Shown here one piece after another: positions 56,864 through 64,000 of a DNA stretch of 64,000 nucleotides. A program made the position numbers and the translations under genes. The DNA comes from Auanema rhodensis (taxonomy: Eukaryota > Animalia > Nematoda): NCBI GenBank assembly GCA_964057225.1, contig OZ059897.1, positions 17,794,001 through 17,858,000 of the forward strand, in the 5' to 3' direction. The number at the start of each line of letters is the position of its first letter. Within the stretch, counting starts at the first letter, position 1. Below the pieces are notes generated by a model. It did not search any database, was not told where the DNA came from, and saw only the letters and a list, made by a program, of their open reading frames with translations.

Positions 56864-58618
56864 TAGTTATAATCGTTTGAAAAATGATGCATTAGTGTAT
56901 GTTGAGTTTCCATGTACACTCAACATTGCTTCCAAAAACATTTTGACAAAAATTTTTTCGAAAAATTTCAAAATAATTTAGCAAAAAGTAGATGTTTTTA
57001 GATTCCATTTTTCAAGGCAAAGACGATGGACAATGTTATTCAACGAAAAAAGTAATTCTTCAGGGTGAAAATCGAGGATATAAGTGTGAACTTATATCAG
57101 TTGATATCTCGGTGCATTTTTAAGCTAGCGCAAATCTGATAACACAGATCGACGCAGCTTAAAAATCCGCATCGAATGCACTATACTACATCGAGAAACG
57201 CTTAATACAAAAATTAGTTATAATCGTTTGAAAAATGATGCATTAGTGTATGTTGAGTTTCCATGTACACTCAACATTGCTTCCAAAAACATTTTGACAA
57301 AAATTTTTTCGAAAAATTTCAAAATAATTTAGCAAAAAGTAGATGTTTTTAGATTCCATTTTTCAAGGCAAAGACGATGGACAATGTTATTCAACGAAAA
57401 AAGTAATTCTTCAGGGTGAAAATCGAGGATATAAGTGTGAACTTATATCAGTTGATATCTCGGTGCATTTTTAAGCTAGCGCAAATCTGATAACACAGAT
57501 CGACGCAGCTTAAAAATCCGCATCGAATGCACTATACTACATTGAGAAACGCTTAATACAAAAATTAGTTATAATCGTTTGAAAAATGATGCATTAGTGT
57601 ATGTTGAGTTTCCATGTACACTCAACATTGCTTCCAAAAACATTTTGACAAAAATTTTTTCGAAAAATTTCAAAATAATTTAGCAAAAAGTAGATGTTTT
57701 TAGATTTCATTTTTCAAGGCAAAGACGATGGACAATGTTATTCAACGAAAAAAGTAATTCTTCAGGGTGAAAATCGAGGATATAAGTGTGAACTTATATC
57801 AGTTGATATCTCGGTGCATTTTTAAGCTAGCGCAAATCTGATAACACAGATCGACGCAGCTTAAAAATCCGCATCGAATGCACTATACTACATCGAGAAA
57901 CGCTTAATACAAAAATTAGTTATAATCGTTTGAAAAATGATGCATTAGTGTATGTTGAGTTTCCATGTACACTCAACATTGCTTCCAAAAACATTTTGAC
58001 AAAAATTTTTTCGAAAAATTTCAAAATAATTTAGCAAAAAGTAGATGTTTTTAGATTCCATTTTTCAAGGCAAAGACGATGGACAATGTTATTCAACGAA
58101 AAAAGTAATTCTTCAGGGTGAAAATCGAGGATATAAGTGTGAACTTATATCAGTTGATATCTCGGTGCATTTTTAAGCTAGCGCAAATCTGATAACACAG
58201 ATCGACGCAGCTTAAAAATCCGCATCGAATGCACTATACTACATTGAGAAACGCTTAATACAAAAATTAGTTATAATCGTTTGAAAAATGATGCATTAGT
58301 GTATGTTGAGTTTCCATGTACACTCAACATTGCTTCCAAAAACATTTTGACAAAAATTTTTTCGAAAAATTTCAAAATAATTTAGCAAAAAGTAGATGTT
58401 TTTAGATTTCATTTTCCAAGGCGAAGACGATGGACAATGTTATTCAACGAAAAAATTAATTCTTCAGGGTGAAAATCGAGGATATAAGTGTGAACTTATA
58501 TCAGTTGATATCTCGGTGCATTTTTAAGCTAGCGCAAATCTGATAACACAGATCGACGCAGCTTAAAAATCCGCATCGAATGCACTATACTACATCGAGA
58601 AACGCTTAATACAAAAAT

Positions 58619-60724
58619 TAGTTATAATCGTTTGAAAAATGATGCATTAGTGTATGTTGAGTTTCCATGTACACTCAACATTGCTTCCAAAAACATTTTG
58701 ACAAAAATTTTTTCGAAAAATTTCAAAATAATTTAGCAAAAAGTAGATGTTTTTAGATTCCATTTTTCAAGGCAAAGACGATGGACAATGTTATTCAACG
58801 AAAAAAGTAATTCTTCAGGGTGAAAATCGAGGATATAAGTGTGAACTTATATCAGTTGATATCTCGGTGCATTTTTAAGCTAGCGCAAATCTGATAACAC
58901 AGATCGACGCAGCTTAAAAATCCGCATCGAATGCACTATACTACATTGAGAAACGCTTAATACAAAAATTAGTTATAATCGTTTGAAAAATGATGCATTA
59001 GTGTATGTTGAGTTTCCATGTACACTCAACATTGCTTCCAAAAACATTTTGACAAAAATTTTTTCGAAAAATTTCAAAATAATTTAGCAAAAAGTAGATG
59101 TTTTTAGATTTCATTTTCCAAGGCGAAGACGATGGACAATGTTATTCAACGAAAAAATTAATTCTTCAGGGTGAAAATCGAGGATATAAGTGTGAACTTA
59201 TATCAGTTGATATCTCGGTGCATTTTTAAGCTAGCGCAAATCTGATAACACAGATCGACGCAGCTTAAAAATCCGCATCGAATGCACTATACTACATCGA
59301 GAAACGCTTAATACAAAAATTAGTTATAATCGTTTGAAAAATGATGCATTAGTGCATGTTGAGTTTCCATGTACACTCAACATTGCTTCCAAAAACATTT
59401 TGACAAAAATTTTTTCGAAAAATTTCAAAATAATTTAGCAAAAAGTAGATGTTTTTAGATTTCATTTTTCAAGGCAAAGACGATGGACAATGTTATTCAA
59501 CGAAAAAATTAATTCTTCAGGGTGAAAATCGAGGATATAAGTGTGAACTTATATCAGTTGATATCTCGGTGCATTTTTAAGCTAGCGCAAATCTGATAAC
59601 ACAGATCGACGCAGCTTAAAAATCCGCATCGAATGCACTATACTACATTGAGAAACGCTTAATACAAAAATTAGTTATAATCGTTTGAAAAATGATGCAT
59701 TAGTGTATGTTGAGTTTCCATGTACACTCAACATTGCTTCCAAAAACATTTTGACAAAAATTTTTTCGAAAAATTTCAAAATAATTTAGCAAAAAGTAGA
59801 TGTTTTTAGATTTCATTTTCCAAGGCGAAGACGATGGACAATGTTATTCAACGAAAAAATTAATTCTTCAGGGTGAAAATCGAGGATATAAGTGTGAACT
59901 TATATCAGTTGATATCTCGGTGCATTTTTAAGCTAGCGCAAATCTGATAACACAGATCGACGCAGCTTAAAAATCCGCATCGAATGCACTATACTACATC
60001 GAGAAACGCTTAATACAAAAATTAGTTATAATCGTTTGAAAAATGATGCATTAGTGTATGTTGAGTTTCCATGTACACTCAACATTGCTTCCAAAAACAT
60101 TTTGACAAAAATTTTTTCGAAAAATTTCAAAATAATTTAGCAAAAAGTAGATGTTTTTAGATTTCATTTTTCAAGGCAAAGACGATGGACAATGTTATTC
60201 AACGAAAAAATTAATTCTTCAGGGTGAAAATCGAGGATATAAGTGTGAACTTATATCAGTTGATATCTCGGTGCATTTTTAAGCTAGCGCAAATCTGATA
60301 ACACAGATCGACGCAGCTTAAAAATCCGCATCGAATGCACTATACTACATTGAGAAACGCTTAATACAAAAATTAGTTATAATCGTTTGAAAAATGATGC
60401 ATTAGTGTATGTTGAGTTTCCATGTACACTCAACATTGCTTCCAAAAACATTTTGACAAAAATTTTTTCGAAAAATTTCAAGATAATTTAGCAAAAAGTA
60501 GATGTTTTTAGATTTCATTTTCCAAGGCAAAGACGATGGACAATGTTATTCAACGAAAAAATTAATTCTTCAGGGTGAAAATCGAGGATATAAGTGTGAA
60601 CATATATCAGTTGATATCTCGGTGCATTTTTAAGCTAGCGCAAATCTGATAACACAGATCGACGCAGCTTAAAAATCCGCATCGAATGCACTATACTACA
60701 TCGAGAAACGCTTAATACAAAAAT
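58619..60724. repeat. Third copy of the 6-monomer block M139-144 / M156-161, 12 monomers downstream of the second
   Basis: GTGCATG at 59355 and GAACATAT at 60602 are each 4212 bp (12x351) after 55143 and 56390. Confidence 0.8.
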
Positions 60725-62130
60725 TAGTTATAATCGTTTGAAAAATGATGCATTAGTGTATGTTGAGTTTCCATGTACACTCAACATTGCTTCCAAAAAC
60801 ATTTTGACAAAAATTTTTTCGAAAAATTTCAAAATAATTTAGCAAAAAGTAGATGTTTTTAGATTCCATTTTTCAAGGCAAAGACGATGGACAATGTTAT
60901 TCAACGAAAAAAGTAATTCTTCAGGGTGAAAATCGAGGATATAAGTGTGAACTTATATCAGTTGATATCTCGGTGCATTTTTAAGCTAGCGCAAATCTGA
61001 TAACACAGATCGACGCAGCTTAAAAATCCGCATCGAATGCACTATACTACATCGAGAAACGCTTAATACAAAAATTAGTTATAATCGTTTGAAAAATGAT
61101 GCATTAGTGTATGTTGAGTTTCCATGTACACTCAACATTGCTTCCAAAAACATTTTGACAAAAATTTTTTTCGAAAAATTTCAAAATAATTTAGCAAAAA
61201 GTAGATGTTTTTAGATTCCATTTTTCAAGGCAAAGACGATGGACAATGTTATTCAACGAAAAAATTAATTCTTCAGGGTGAAAATCGAGGATATAAGTGT
61301 GAACTTATATCAGTTGATATCTTGGTGCATTTTTAAGCTAGCGCAAATCTGATAACACAGATCGACGCAGCTTAAAAATCCGCATCGAATGCACTATACT
61401 ACATTGAGAAACGCTTAATACAAAAATTAGTTATGATCGTTTGAAAAATGATGCATTAGTGTATGTTGAGTTTCCATGTACACTCAACATTGCTTCCAAA
61501 AACATTTTGACAAAAATTTTTTCGAAAAATTTCAAAATAATTTAGCAAAAAGTAGATGTTTTTAGATTCCATTTTTTCAAGGCAAAGACGATGGACAATG
61601 TTATTCAACGAAAAAAGTAATTCTTCAGGGTGAAAATCGAGGATATAAGTGTGAACTTATATCAGTTGATATCTTGGTGCATTTTTAAGCTAGCGCAAAT
61701 CTGATAACACAGATCGACGCAGCTTAAAAATCCGCATCGAATGCACTATACTACATTGAGAAACGCTTAATACAAAAATTAGTTATGATCGTTTGAAAAA
61801 TGATGCATTAGTGTATGTTGAGTTTCCATGTACACTCAACATTGCTTCCAAAAACATTTTGACAAAAATTTTTTCGAAAAATTTCAAAATAATTTAGCAA
61901 AAAGTAGATGTTTTTAGATTCCATTTTTTAAGGCAAAGACGATGGACAATGTTATTCAACGAAAAAAGTAATTCTTCAGGGTGAAAATCGAGGATATAAG
62001 TGTGAACTTATATCAGTTGATATCTCGGTGCATTTTTAAGCTAGCGCAAATCTGATAACACAGATCGACGCAGCTTAAAAATCCGCATCGAATGCACTAT
62101 ACTACATTGAGAAACGCTTAATACAAAAAT

Positions 62131-63534
62131 TAGTTATAATCGTTTGAAAAATGATGCATTAGTGTATGTTGAGTTTCCATGTACACTCAACATTGCTTCC
62201 AAAAACATTTTGACAAAAATTTTTTCGAAAAATTTCAAAATAATTTAGCAAAAAGTAGATGTTTTTAGATTCCATTTTTTAAGGCAAAGACGATGGACAA
62301 TGTTATTCAACGAAAAAAGTAATTCTTCAGGGTGAAAATCGAGGATATAAGTGTGAACTTATATCAGTTGATATCTCGGTGCATTTTTAAGCTAGCGCAA
62401 ATCTGATAACACAGATCGACGCAGCTTAAAAATCCGCATCGAATGCACTATACTACATTGAGAAACGCTTAATACAAAAATTAGTTATAATCGTTTGAAA
62501 AATGATGCATTAGTGTATGTTGAGTTTCCATGTACACTCAACATTGCTTCCAAAAACATTTTGACAAAAATTTTTTCGAAAAATTTCAAAATAATTTAGC
62601 AAAAAGTAGATGTTTTTAGATTCCATTTTCCAAGGCGAAGACGATGGACAATCTTATTCAACGAAAAAATTAATTCTTCAGGGTGAAAATCGAGGATATA
62701 AGTGTGAACTTATATCAGTTGATATCTCGGTGCATTTTTAAGCTAGCGCAAATCTGATAACACAGATCGACGCAGCTTAAAAATCCGCATCGAATGCACT
62801 ATACTACATTGAGAAACCCTTAATACAAAAATTAGTTATGATCGTTTGAAAAATGATGCATTAGTGTATGTTGAGTTTCCATGTACACTCAACATTGCTT
62901 CCAAAAACAATTTGACAAAAATTTTTTCGAAAAATTTCAAAATAATTTAGCAAAAAGTAGATGTTTTTAGATTCCATTTTTTAAGGCAAAGACGATGGAC
63001 AATGTTATTCAACGAAAAAAGTAATTCTTCAGGGTGAAAATCGAGGATATAAGTGTGAACTTATATCAGTTGATATCTCGGTGCATTTTTAAGCTAGCGC
63101 AAATCTGATAACACAGATCGACGCAGCTTAAAAATCCGCATCGAATGCACTATACTACATTGAGAAACGCTTAATACAAAAATTAGTTATAATCGTTTGA
63201 AAAATGATGCATTAGTGTATGTTGAGTTTCCATGTACACTCAACATTGCTTCCAAAAACATTTTGACAAAAATTTTTTCGAAAAATTTCAAAATAATTTA
63301 GCAAAAAGTAGATGTTTTTAGATTCCATTTTCCAAGGCGAAGACGATGGACAATCTTATTCAACGAAAAAATTAATTCTTCAGGGTGAAAATCGAGGATA
63401 TAAGTGTGAACTTATATCAGTTGATATCTCGGTGCATTTTTAAGCTAGCGCAAATCTGATAACACAGATCGACGCAGCTTAAAAATCCGCATCGAATGCA
63501 CTATACTACATTGAGAAACCCTTAATACAAAAAT
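62131..63534. repeat. Dimer duplication (period 702 bp), M178-179 / M180-181
   Basis: CAATCTTA at 62653/63355. TTTTTTAAGG monomers alternate with CC-GCG/AAACCC monomers. Confidence 0.85.
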
Positions 63535-64000
63535 TAGTTATGATCGTTTGAAAAATGATGCATTAGTGTATGTTGAGTTTCCATGTACACTCAACATTGC
63601 TTCCAAAAACATTTTGACAAAAATTTTTTCGAAAAATTTCAAAATAATTTAGCAAAAAGTAGATGTTTTTAGATTCCATTTTTCAAAGCAAAGACGATGG
63701 ACAATGTTATTCAACGAAAAAAGTAATTCTTCAGGGTGAAAATCGAGGATATAAGTGTGAACTTATATCAGTTGATATCTCGGTGCATTTTTAAGCTAGC
63801 GCAAATCTGATAACACAGATCGACGCAGCTTAAAAATCCGCATCGAATCCACTATACTACATTGAGAAACGCTTAATACAAAAATTAGTTATAATCGTTT
63901 GAAAAATGATGCATTAGTGTATGTTGAGTTTCCATGTACACTCAACATTGCTTCCAAAAACATTTTGACAAAAATTTTTTCGAAAAATTTCAAGATAATT

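Larger units (their letters stand above)
1..64000. repeat. Tandem satellite DNA array, 351-bp monomer, 182 full copies plus a 115-bp partial copy; runs off both window edges
   Basis: TAGTTAT(G/A)ATCGTTTGAAAAATG recurs at 1, 352, 703 ... 17200, 17552 ... 61076, 61428, 61780 ... 63886. Period is 351 except three 352-bp monomers (M50, M175, M176). All copies have the same orientation and differ by a few substitutions. Confidence 0.99.

Noticed and set aside
1-64000. CRISPR array, or rDNA/5S/tRNA/snRNA tandem gene cluster
   Set aside because: There are no unique spacers because the whole unit repeats, and I recognise no RNA-gene sequence, cloverleaf or Pol III boxes.
1-64000. Rolling-circle or concatemer artefact
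   Set aside because: Shared variants form hierarchical, position-dependent haplotypes, which fits a real evolving array rather than random errors on one template. Individual blocks still need read confirmation.

Overview
The whole 64-kb window is one uninterrupted head-to-tail tandem satellite array. The monomer is 351 bp and AT-rich (about 31% GC by hand count of monomer 1). There are 182 complete copies plus 115 bp of a 183rd, all in the same orientation, with no visible insertions, inversions or genes. Monomer numbering M1..M183 starts at base 1, and 'pos' means position within a monomer. Net length drift is only +3 bp, from three single-base insertions. Neighbouring monomers differ by a few substitutions. 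Shared rare variants reveal nested, in-register tandem block duplications of 2, 3, 4, 5, 6, 7, 8, 9, 12 and 13 monomers rather than one fixed higher-order repeat. They also show a layered pattern in which the two flanks share alleles that are missing from a central block. Each monomer carries four dyad-symmetry elements, including a GTGA-capped 9-bp stem and an imperfect hairpin of about 67 nt. The 63-aa ORFs are judged spurious. Length, homogeneity and lack of CpG depletion suggest a eukaryotic, probably invertebrate, centromeric or pericentromeric satellite, but I cannot name the family or host from the sequence. All variant calls were read by eye. I found no protein-coding or clearly novel gene system.
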